Below are positions 1 to 9,390 of a DNA stretch of 20,000 bases, piece by piece. How positions within the stretch are numbered: position 1 is the first letter of the stretch; every line of letters starts with the position of its first letter. The notes beneath the pieces were generated by a model, which saw nothing but the letters and a program-made list of their open reading frames with translations, searched no databases and had not been told where the DNA came from. The translations under genes and the position numbers were made by a program. The DNA is from Chiloscyllium plagiosum. Taxonomy: Eukaryota. The stretch is from positions 72,740,395-72,760,394 of the forward strand of contig NC_057711.1 in NCBI RefSeq assembly GCF_004010195.1. Reading direction: 5' to 3'.

Positions 1-1526
1 AGGCTCACTGGTCTATAGTTCCCTGACTTGCCCTTACCACCCTTCTTAAAACAGTGGCACCACATTTGCCAACCTCCAGTCTTCCAGCACTTCACCTGTG
101 ACTATCGATGATACAAATATCTCAGCAAGAGGCCCAGCAATCACTTCTCTAGCTTCCTACAGAGTTCAAGGGTACACCTGATCAGGTCTGGGGATTTATC
201 CACCTTTATCCATTTCAAGATATCCAGCACTTCCTCCTCTGGAAAATGGACATTTTGCAAGATGTCACCATCTATTTCCCTACAGTCAATATCTTCCATA
301 TTCTTTTGTAAAGTAAATACTGATGCAAAATACTCATTTAGTATCTCCCCTATTTTCTGTGGCTCCACACAAAGGCCTCCTTGCTGATCTTTGAGGGGCC
401 CTATTCTCTCCCTGGTTACCCTTTTGTCCTAAATATATTTGTAAAAACCCTTTGGATTCTCCTTAATTCTATTTGTCAAAGCTATCTCATGTCCCCGTTT
501 TGCCCTCCTGATTCCCTCTTAAGTATATTCCTCCTTCCTTTATACTTTTCTAAGGATTCACTCGATCTATCCTATCTATACCGGACAATATGCTTCCTTC
601 TTTTTCTTAATCAAACCCTCAATTTCTTTAGTCATCCAGCATTCCCTATACCTACCAGCCTTTCCTTTCACCCTGACAGGAATATACTTTCTCTGGATTC
701 TCACTATCTCATTTCTGAAGGCTTCCCATTTTCCAGCTGTCCCTTTACTTACGAACATCTGCCTCCAATCAGCTTTCAAAAGTTCTTGCCTAATACCGTC
801 AAAATTGGCCTTTCTCCAATTTAGAACTTCAACTTTTAGATCTGGTCTATCCTTTTCCATCACTATTTTAAATCTAATAGAATTATGGTCGCTGGCCCCA
901 AAGTGGTCCCCCACTGATACCTCAGTCACCGGCCTGCCTTATTTCCAAAGTGTAGGTCAGGGATTGCACCTTCTCCAGTAGGTATATCCACATACTGAAT
1001 CAGAAAATTGTCTTGTATGCACTTGACAAATTCCTCTCCATCTAAACCTTTAACATTATGGCAGTCCCTAGTCTATGTTTGGAAAGTTAAAATCCCCTAC
1101 CATAACCACACTATTTTTCTTACAGATAGCTGAGATCTCCTTGCAAGTTTGTTTCTCAATTTCCCTCTGACTATTAGGGGGGCTATAATACAATCCCAAT
1201 AAGGTGATTATCCCTTTCTTATTTCTCAGTTCCACCCAAATAACTTCTCTGGATGTATTTCCGGGAATATCCTCCCTCAGCACAGCTGTAATCCTATCCC
1301 TTATCAAAAATGCCACACCCCCTCCTCTCTTGCCTCCCTTTCTATCCTTCCTGTAGCATTTGTATCCTGGAACATTAAGCTGCAACTCCTGTCCATCACT
1401 GAGCCATGTTTCCGTAATTGCTATGATATCCCAGTCCCATGTTCCAAACCATGCCCTGAGTTCATCTGCCTTCCCTGTTAGGCCCCTTGCATTGAAATAA
1501 ATGCAATTTAATGTATTAGTCCTACC
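1..1526 (-). pseudogene. CR1 ORF2 (APE endonuclease, linker and start of RT), disrupted by stops and frameshifts
   Basis: Translates to CIYFNARGL..DIIAITETWL..YRKDR..GGGVA..MVGDFNFPNID* (TGG>TAG)..SDHNSI..EILNEYFASVFT..DWRLANVVPLF/KKG..NYRPVSL; split across ORFs 1068-1385, 576-929 and 141-368. Confidence 0.93.
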
Positions 1527-1640
1527 TTGTTCCTGCCTGCCCTGACTGTTTGACTCGCTTCTGTTCTCATCTGTACCAGTCTCAGATTGATCTCTTTCCT
1601 CACTATCTCCCTGGGTACCATACCCCCCCCCCCCCCCTCA

Positions 1641-2466
1641 CTAGTTTAAATCTTCCTTTGCAGCTCCGGCAATCTATCCTCCTATTCCTGCCCTCACTAG
1701 CTCATAGCACTGGGAGTAATCCAGATATTACTACTCTTGAGGAACTCCTTTTTAAATTTCTGCCTAACTCTGTAATCTCCCTTCAGAATCTCAACCTTTT
1801 CCCTTCCTATGTCGTTGGTTCCAATGTGGACAATGACCTCCTGCTGGCCCCTCTCCCCCGTGAGAACATTCTGCACCCCCTCTGAGACATCCTTGATCTT
1901 GGCACCAGGGAAGCAACACACCATTCTGCTTTTTCGCTGCTAGCTACAGAAACGTCTGTCTGTACCTCGGACTACAGAATCCTCTAACACAATTGATCTT
2001 TTGGAAGCCGACGTACCCCTCGTTGCATTAGAGCCAGTCTCAATACCAGAAACGTGGCTGTTCGTGCTACATTCCCCTGAGAATCCATCACCCCCTACAT
2101 TTTTCAAAACAGCCTACCTGTTTGAAATGGGTATAGCCACAGAAAACACCTGTATTAGGTGCCTACCTCTCTTACCTTTCCTCGAGTTAACTCATCTATG
2201 TGACTGTATCTGAAACTTTCCCCCCTTCCTATAACTGCCATCCATCACATACCGTTGCTGTTGCAAATTCCCCATTGCTTCTATCTGTCTCTCAACCGAT
2301 CTATTTGAACTGATAAGATTCCCATCCAACAGCATTTATGGCAGATATAATCCGTAGTAACTCTTAAACTCTCTTTAAACTCCCATATCTGACAAGAAAT
2401 ACATATCACTGTACTAAAGGTCGTTTTTGCCCTTTCACAATCTACAGACCCAGAAAATAACACCAT
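1641..2466 (-). pseudogene. CR1 ORF1 (N-terminal Zn-finger + SGNH/GDSL esterase-like domain), frameshifted and internally deleted
   Basis: CISCQIWE..YICHKC Zn motif (2281-2466); VCCFPGAKIKDV..VIVHIGTNDIG SGNH blocks (1697-1924); terminal AAKEDLN* with TAG at 1643-1641. Confidence 0.88.
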
Positions 2467-2773
2467 CTTATTCCTCTACAAAACACTGCCCCAGGTTAAA
2501 TTAATAGTTATGGCTTATATTTTAAGTTTAATCAAGAGACATATCTCCAAAAACATATAATCAAGAAAGAACCCATTCTAATCACTACTGCAGCCTCTCT
2601 GTTGGACACACTTAAAACAATGATTAACTTATCTGATTCTGTGCTGTGAACTTCACCCAAACAGGTTCCTCCAAGATTCGTTGTGAATTTCACTGTTTGT
2701 TAATTTTCCCAGACGCACACCGATGTCCAGCGAAACATGAATTCAAAACAGCAAAAACAGTAACTGTGTAGGT

Positions 2774-2783
2774 TCTCTCTCTC

Positions 2784-2828
<45 letters not shown>
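2774..2828. repeat. (CT)n/(GA)n microsatellite inside the CR1 5'UTR
   Basis: About 27 CT units with one CA interruption. Confidence 0.97.
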
Positions 2829-2831
<3 letters not shown>

Positions 2832-3059
2832 CTGCACTGTCCTCACCACGTGCTCCCTTTGTCTGTTATTCTCCCTTTTAAAACTGCAGTTGTTTTGACT
2901 TTTTTTTCCAAAGTTCGAAAACAATGCAGTGGCATATAAAACAGGAATTGCTGCTCCTGGAGTTCGAGGAAATCACCTCCAGCATCTAAAATATCTCAAA
3001 AAAAAGGAGCAGCTGCTACATCCAGAAATTTTTCCCATCCTCCATCATAATCTTTAAAG

Positions 3060-3132
3060 CTTGGGCCAGGAGACCTGGGGTCAAATCACTCTGGCTGCAG
3101 AGGTGACTAATAACATCTCTGACCAGGTTGGT
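3060..3132 (+). mobile_element. Possible tRNA-headed SINE fragment abutting the CR1 5' end
   Basis: B-box-like AGACCTGGGGTCAAATC followed by GCAGAGGTG..AATAACATCTCTGA.CAGGTTG, which resembles a shark SINE body; short and degraded. Confidence 0.4.
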
Positions 3133-3387
3133 GGGAATGCATCTAAGGGAGGAGATAGACCTAGAACTACTTTGCTCCTAACAGCCTCCTATGTAATTTA
3201 GGGCTTACTCATGCAATCTGTAAACAGTAACAGTATAAGGTTTGTATTGTTGTTCCACAAGACTCTTCCAATTACACCTGAAAAGTGAATAGCCTCATCC
3301 ATATTTGACCAAGGAACATATCAACAACAAAAACAGGGGTAAGAATTAAACAATAGATATGTTGCTTAAGAGGGAACCAATGTGGGT

Positions 3388-3457
3388 CAGTTTGCAATGC
3401 AGAGGAATGCTAACGGTGTGGGTTCAGTTCCTACACTGGTTGTGGTTACCATGAAGG
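3388..3457 (+). mobile_element. tRNA-derived SINE head fragment (same family as 4729-4918)
   Basis: B-box GGTTCAGTTCC; 65/68 nt identical to 4746-4812. Confidence 0.8.
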
Positions 3458-3479
3458 TGACAAGTGAACAGAAATTGGT

Positions 3480-3570
3480 TGAAACTTTATTGCTGGAACA
3501 GCACAGCAGGTCAGGCAGCATCCAGGGAACAGGAGATTCGACGTTTCGGGCACAGGCCCTTCTTCAGGAA
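3480..3570 (-). mobile_element. PLE terminal-repeat mini-insertion with HHR; 9-bp TSD GAAATTGGT
   Basis: Same family as 13904-14093; TSD at 3471-3479 and 3568-3576. Confidence 0.88.
3536..3570 (-). ncRNA. Minimal hammerhead ribozyme motif (intact core)
   Basis: Minus strand reads TTC-CTGAAGA-A-GGGC-CTGT-GCCC-GAAAC-GTC-GAA: helix I TTC/GAA, helix II GGGC/GCCC, GUC triplet. Confidence 0.88.
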
Positions 3571-3639
3571 ATTGGTGTGTGTTTGGACGTGGGAATCAGA
3601 GTACTGAGTGGCCTTACATGAACAGAGAGTAGAATCTAG

Positions 3640-4360
3640 GAAAAAAGCCAGGAGTGCATTAGAAAAATCAAGACTTGAGGTAGCAAAGGTTTAGAATATG
3701 GCTTCTGAACTGGCTGAACTAAAGCAGAAACAGAATTGAGTGCTTTTACAGACCATCACAGGATAAGTGGGTGGCAGTTCATTTTGTGACTAAATGTGAC
3801 TCAAAGACTGAGAACAGGCTGGTTCAGGCTCAATCAGTTTCCAAGGAGGTGGATGGGGTTCGTGGAAAGGGCGCAGTGTTTATGGTAGGTTGTAAATATA
3901 ATAGTGTTGGTATTTTCGATACTTAAGTGAAAGAATTATATAATCTCTATAGTGTGGAAGCAGGTCATTCAGTCTATCAAGTCCACACCGATCCTTCAAA
4001 CAGCATCTCACCCTACCCTGGTAACTCCCATGGCTAATCCACCTAACCTGTTCAACCCTGGGTACTATGGACAAATTAGCATGGTCAATCCACCTAACCT
4101 GCACATCTTGGGAAGAAATCAGAGCACCCTGAGGAAACCTACGCAGACACTGAAAGAATGTACAAACTCACACAAACAGTTGCCCGAGGGTTGAATTGCA
4201 CCGGGGTTCCTGGCACCATGAGGCTGAAATACTAACCACTGAGCAACCTCAAAAAAGGTTTATGCTCATCCTGATGTCAATCAAGTAGTTAGAGACAGTG
4301 GAAATATTAAGACTGATGGAGATGAGGTAGAGCTACATGGTGTCAGCATGTATGTGGGTG
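3640..4360 (-). mobile_element. Old L2-clade LINE RT relic, interrupted by a SINE
   Basis: 4325-4358 (GAGGTAGAGCT..TGTCAGCATGTATGTGG) is the reverse complement of a decayed HMYADDTQLYL-type motif; boundaries are uncertain. Confidence 0.5.
3938..4248 (-). mobile_element. HE1-like V-SINE (tRNA head, V core, CR1-type tail)
   Basis: Minus 5' end GGTTGCTCAGTGGTTAG (A box)..GGTGCAATTC (B box); core TGTGTGAGTTTGTACATTCT..GATGTGCAGGTTAGGTGGATTG; homologous to 7458-7746. Confidence 0.88.
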
Positions 4361-4394
4361 ATACTTAATTGAATTAGCAGTAGAGGTGACTGAA

Positions 4395-4985
4395 GATTGT
4401 TTTTGTGACTAGAAGATTGTGTCGAGTGGTGTACCACAGAGTTCAGCTAGGTCCTTTGCTGTTTGTAGCTTACATTAATGATGGAGACATGCATATAGGA
4501 GGTATGATCAGTATGTTCACAAATGATACAAAAATTGATGATCTGGCAAATAGAGGGGGGAAACATTAGACCAAATAGGCAGATCTGTGGCAAATAGAAT
4601 TTCATTCTGACAAGTGTAAGGTGTTGCATCTTGAGAAGATTAACAAATAAAGGGAGTACATAACCAGTGGTATGACCCTAGGAAGTACAAAGGATTAGAG
4701 GGACTTTGGCATGCATGTCCATAGGTTCTTAGCTTGGTTGGCTGGTTTGCAATGCAGAGGAATGCTAACGGTGTGGGTTCAATTCCTACAATGGTTATGG
4801 TTACCATGAAGGACTCTGCTCTTAACCTCTCCCTTTTCCTGAAGTCAGGCAACCCTATGGTAAAACCACCACAAGTTGTCTCCCTCTGTAATGTGGAAGC
4901 AGGACTTTGGTGACTTTATGTTTAGATCCTTGAAGGCAGCACAACAGGTAGACAAGGTGGCATATGGGATACTTGCCTTCGTTAG
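4395..4985 (+). mobile_element. Old CR1 RT-domain relic, interrupted by a SINE at 4729-4918
   Basis: Decayed SGVPQ.S.LGPLLFV.YIND..GGMISMFTNDTKI (FADD region) and ..EFHSDKCKVLHL. Confidence 0.8.
4729..4918 (+). mobile_element. tRNA-derived SINE, near complete
   Basis: A-box-like TAGCTTGGTTGG and B-box GGTTCAATTCC; inserted into the CR1 relic, whose sequence resumes at about 4922. Confidence 0.8.
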
Positions 4986-5148
4986 TTAAGAAGTGCAAGA
5001 TGAAAAGTTCTGATTTTGTGTTCTTTTTAAGTTCTATATTGCCATGCAAGAGGGAAGAAATATGATAAAATTCAAAAGCTATCACCACATTTCTGTTTCC
5101 ATCTTGCATTACTTGGTCTGAGCTATTTCAGATTAAGGGAAAATAGCA

Positions 5149-6760
5149 AACCTCCCCTTAACACCCCACTAGCCATAAGAATAGCAGAGCAAAACGGCCG
5201 CAGAATGCTTAGAGAAATTATTAATGATGCCCACAACAGACTCTGTAAATACAACTGAAAAATTTTGCATCAAAAATCTTTCCTCAGTGATGCAACAGAC
5301 CATGAATGGACAGACACAGTACAACAAGCCATAGGTATTAGACGGCGACAAACACAGAAAATGAAAAAACTAGACTTGCAGAAAAAGCTAGACAAACTTA
5401 CACAAAGTAACAACAATGACAACTCAGAAGCATAGATAAAAAACTTATCTGACCGATCCTTAACAGACACTGAAAAAGTCGTCTTAGTAAGCGGATTAAA
5501 TTACAACTGCCAGGATGTGGACAAGAAAGATTTCTTAGCAGCATTAGAAACAACACCGAAAGACGACCAACTCACAGAAGAAACCCAACAAACCATCAGA
5601 TAGACAGTCACACCAACATTAAGCAGGAAAAAGGAAGGAAACACATTCAATACACAGAAAGGAAAGCATTGGAAAGACTAAAAAAAACATTGTTATCCTA
5701 ACTGCAGACAAAGGACGCTTGACAGTCATTCTAAATCGTAGAGACTACATTGAAAAAGCAAACGCACTACTTACAGATACCAACACTTACCAACAAGTGG
5801 CAATAGACCTAACCCCACAACTGGAGAACTGAATCACAGCACACTCAAAAAAATTCAGAAATCTGGAGAAATAAATAAGACTGACTTCCAAAAAATGAAA
5901 CCAGACAGATCCAACACACCACGCTTCTACGGATTACTAAATATTCACAAACCAGGAGCCCCCCTCAGCCCCATAGTCTCACTACCTGGAACACCCACTT
6001 ACAGATTGGCTAAGGAGCTACACCAAAGACTAAAACACTCAGTAGAAAACTCACACACCTCCATCAACTCCACTCAAGAATTCCTGAAGACCATCAAAGA
6101 CACTAAGATAGAAGAGGATGAAATTAAGGTCTCTTTTGATGTACCAGCCCTGTTTACTTCAATCAACATTAACCTGGCCAAGGAAACACTGACTACACTA
6201 TTCGAAGACCCAAAAACACGTACAGCAAACTTCTCAAAAGGGAGAATATCATCAAGCTAGTGGACCTATGCCTTACCATCCACTTCACCTTCAACAATAA
6301 AACCTACAGACAAACCATTGGAACACCCATGGGATCTCCGATATCAGGGTTCTTAGCAGAGATAGTAATGCAGAGACTCAAACAAACAACTCTGCCAACC
6401 ATCCATCCCAAACTTTGGGTCCGCCACGTGGATACCTTTGTCATCACTAAACGATACAAATTACAAGAAAGCTTCAAGACCATCAATAATACCCTTACTG
6501 GCATAAAATTCACTAAAGAGGAAGAAAACAACAACAAACTGCCATTCTTAGATGTCACAGTAGAGTGAACAGCCAATGGGAAACTTCAAACCAGCGTCTA
6601 CAGGAAAACAACACATATGGGACCAAATATTGAACTACAGAAGCAACCATACCAACACCCACAGATGAAGCTGCATCAGAGCATTATTCCAACGAGCCAC
6701 CACACACTGCAGCACAGAGGAACTACACAGAACAGAGGAAAATCAGTTATAGAGTGTATA
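5149..6760 (+). pseudogene. PLE reverse transcriptase, disrupted
   Basis: ORF fragments 5895-6260 and 6260-6568; the catalytic YVDD reads HVD (one Asp codon lost); multiple stops and frameshifts. Confidence 0.9.
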
Positions 6761-6802
6761 TAAAGAGAAAGCCGAAATGTTCAGCATTGCTTCGCCTGAG
6801 GC

Positions 6803-6842
6803 CCACTGAAGATGTTACCTAGTAAGGTAACAAAACATCTGG
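6803..6842 (+). ncRNA. Minimal HHR motif, degenerate
   Basis: CCA-CTGAAGA-T-GTTACC-TAGTAA-GGTAAC-AAAAC-ATC-TGG; helices I and II are intact; GAAA>AAAA and GTC>ATC are both CpG-type changes. Confidence 0.8.
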
Positions 6843-7210
6843 AAATTAACCTTGCAGCTCAGCGAGCAAACCTACATCCAACAGCAGGGGTCTCAAACTC
6901 AAGCAAATTCCCCTCGCCGTTACTATTGTTTGGAAAAATCATTTGCACATTTTAAACTCTTGTTTACATAGCCAGAACTCTGCTGTAAATTGCTTTTCAT
7001 TTTATTTTGAGCAGGCATTCAACACTACATCAAATATGGTGCTAGAAATGTTGAGTTTAAAGTGTGTGAATTTTCAGAACTATAAAAGAACCAAGAATCA
7101 TTTTGCATCCAAATGTTTATCTGGAAAGAAGCAATTCAAATCCATAATGGTGACCAGAGAATTGACAAATGTTGAGTCTAATGAATCATTGTACATAACA
7201 CATAAAGTAG

Positions 7211-7331
7211 ACCTGACAAAGGAGCTGCGCTCCGAAAGCCTGTGATTTCAAATAAACCTGTTGGACTGTAACCTGGTGTCATGTGACTTTTGATTTTGTC
7301 CACTCCTGTCGAACACCAGCACCTCCACATC
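7211..7331 (+). mobile_element. PLE-type terminal-repeat mini-insertion (distinct family) with degenerate HHR; 7-bp TSD AAAGTAG
   Basis: AC-CTGACAA-A-GGAGC-TGC-GCTCC-GAAAGCCT-GT at 7211-7243, then AATAAA; TSD at 7204-7210 and 7332-7338. Confidence 0.8.
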
Positions 7332-7457
7332 AAAGTAGTCACCAACAGATCTAAAGATGATAAATGGTTTGTGCCTATTGGATTGATGACTGCAGAAAGA
7401 GAACAAGAAGTGAATGTGAAGTGTCAGATAGACTTCAGTGCTTTGAGCAACAGTATG

Positions 7458-7746
7458 GTAGAATCCCTACACTGTAGATACAGGTCATTTAGCCCAACAA
7501 GTCCACACTACTACTCCAAAGAATAACCCACCCAGATCCATTCCCCTAACTAATGCACCTAGTCTACACATCCCTGAACACTATGGGCAATTTCGCTTTG
7601 TCAATTCACCTAACGTGCACACCTTTGGATTGTGGGAGGAAACCCATGGTGAGAATGTGTAAACTCCACACAGACAGTTGCACAAGGCTAGAATCAAACC
7701 CAAGTCCTTGGTACTGAGGCAGCAGTACTAACCACTGAGCCACTGT
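7458..7746 (-). mobile_element. HE1-like V-SINE
   Basis: Minus 5' ACAGTGGCTCAGTGGTTAG (A box)..GGGTTTGATTC (B box); V core GTCTGTGTGGAGTTTACACATTCTC; homologous to 3938-4248. Confidence 0.88.
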
Positions 7747-8004
7747 ACAGCTTTGCAAATCTGTGCAAACCCCCCAGACATACAGAGCCAAAATTGAAGC
7801 CCTTGAAATTGAAAGTAAACCGATAGCTATATGATGGAACAAAACTCAACCTAAAGGAAACATGAAGCTGAGAGTGGAGTGCAATGAGAAGAACAAAGAC
7901 CTGTAGTTTCAGATAGTAGATATTAAGCAAAATGCAGCTTGATGCAGCTGAACCAAGTCTAAAGTTTGAACTGGTAACTCGAGACTTTTATTTAATCAAT
8001 AATA

Positions 8005-8300
8005 GGATGAGGGCATATCTGACCAGACCAGCATTTATTGCCCAAACTAATTGACCAGAAGACAATTGTTGAGGGTCTAGTTGAGGGTCTAGAGTCATAT
8101 GTAGGTCAGAATAGGTTGGCCTGGCAAGTTTTGTTCCCTAAAGGAACAGTTCAGATGGGTCTTTAATGACAATTGGCAGCTGATACATAGTTAGTATTAG
8201 CCTAGCTTTGATTTTTATTAAAAACAAATTTCACCATCTGCTAAAGTGGGATTTGAAAGTAGGTCCTCAGAACATTAGCCCAGGGTTCTGGATTACTAGT
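8005..8300 (-). mobile_element. Old tRNA-headed SINE of another family
   Basis: Minus strand ACTAGTAATCCAGA..AATGTTCTGAGGACC..TTCAAATCCCAC..GCAGATGGTGAAATTTG head and GGGCAATAAATGCTGG tail; internal 12-bp tandem duplication GTTGAGGGTCTA at 8068-8091. Confidence 0.7.
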
Positions 8301-8339
8301 GTCAGAAAGAGTGAATAGTCACTATTGATTATTAAACAC

Positions 8340-8560
8340 ATCTTAAAACATTACAAAGATATTGTGACAGATCTTGGCTATCATCCTGGTGGATATCATA
8401 TCAAAGTAAATGAGAACAATGTAGCATCTGCTGAACAGAAGTCCAGGTGCCCTCAAGTGGAGCCTAAAGCCATGAGGAAAGAACCAGCATATTTACCAAT
8501 CCACGAGGTCCTGAAAAAAGGGAAGAATTATAAGGCTGTCAAACAATCATCTTTTAGGGA
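8340..8560 (+). mobile_element. Probable Ty3/Gypsy pol relic (protease-RT linker)
   Basis: ILKHYKDIVTDLGYHPGGYHIKVNEN resembles the Gypsy pol Y.DVF..LG.LPG.YHI.VD motif that precedes RT; no LTRs seen. Confidence 0.5.
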
Positions 8561-9223
8561 ATTGGCAGCTGATATTAAGCATAAAAAGCAGTGGAGGTGA
8601 TCATCTCAGAACAGCAAAAACAAAGTGAGAAAAAAAAGATGCAATTAAAGATGACCAAAGTCAAGACCATAATAGGAGCAGAAGTAGGTCATAGGGCCCA
8701 TCAAATCGATTCTGCCATTCAACGAAATCAAGACTAATCTGAGAATCCTCAACTCCACTTTCTTGCCTTATCTGATCAAAGATCTGCCTATTTCATTCTT
8801 AAATTTACTTAACAACCAACCTCTATAGCCCTTTGTGGTAAAGAAATCCATAGATTCACCATCTTCTGACAGAAGAAATCCCTCCTCATCTCAGTCCTAA
8901 CTGGCCAACCCCTTACTCTGAGATTATGCTCTCTGGTCCTAGGCTTACCCATAAGGAACAAAGTTCTCTCTATCTACCCTGTTAAGATCCTGAAGAATCT
9001 TACATAATTCAATAAGGTTGCCTATCATTCTCCCAAACTTCAACAAGTACTGGAACAGCTTACTCAACCCCTCAGAAAGAAAATCTCTCTGTTACCAGCA
9101 TCAACCTAGTGAACCTTCTCTGTACTGTCTCCAATGCCAGCGGGTCTTTCCTTAAATGAGGAGAATCAAAAACTATACACAGTATTCCAGCTGTGGTCTG
9201 ACTCGTGTCTTGTATAATTTTAG

Positions 9224-9390
9224 GCAAATGTGAGGACTGCAGATGCTGGAGGTCAGAGCCAAGACCAGAGTGGTGCTGGAAAAGCACAGCATTCCTGATG
9301 AAGAGCTTTTGCCCGAAACGTCAATTTTCCTGCTCCTTGGATGCTGCCTGACCTACTGTGCTTTTCCAGCACCACGCTAGTCTTGGCTCT
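9224..9390. mobile_element. PLE mini-insertion of two head-to-head terminal repeats; about 16-bp TSD
   Basis: 9256-9291 is the inverted copy of 9355-9390; TSD TCTTGTATAATTTTAG (9208-9223) / TCTTGTATGATTTCAG (9388-9403). Confidence 0.88.
9291..9326 (+). ncRNA. Minimal HHR motif (core intact, mismatches in the stems)
   Basis: ATTC-CTGATGA-A-GAGC-TTTT-GCCC-GAAAC-GTC-AATT. Confidence 0.82.

Larger units (their letters stand above)
1..3047 (-). mobile_element. CR1-clade LINE (HER1-like), 5' portion with 5'UTR, ORF1 and ORF2 N-terminal half; decayed; continues beyond window start
   Basis: Minus-strand order 5'UTR > ORF1 (CxxC..CxxC, SGNH) > ORF2 (APE endonuclease, then the NYRPVSL RT-proximal motif at the window edge). 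The 5' boundary near 3047 is approximate. Confidence 0.93.
5149..6881 (+). mobile_element. Penelope-like element (Poseidon/Penelope type): RT plus 3' terminal repeat, GIY-YIG endonuclease missing
   Basis: PLE RT motifs ILTADKG, PRFYGL.NIHKPGAPL.PIVS, VSFDV.ALFTSI, GTPMGSPISG.LA, LPFLDV, VYRK; HHR-bearing terminus at 6800-6881; possible TSD AATAGCA/AACAGCA (5142-5148, 6880-6886). Confidence 0.9.

Noticed and set aside
1623..1637. Poly-C run (and poly-G near 16194-16204) as functional G-quadruplex elements
   Set aside because: Homopolymer expansions inside TE relics; no evidence of function.
381..2213. Plus-strand ORFs 381-824, 1550-1885 and 2001-2213
   Set aside because: Antisense shadows of CR1 ORF1/ORF2 with no protein-like motifs.
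3938..7746. tRNA genes at A/B-box sequences (4200-4248, 4729-4790, 7690-7746)
   Set aside because: No full cloverleaf; each continues into a SINE body.
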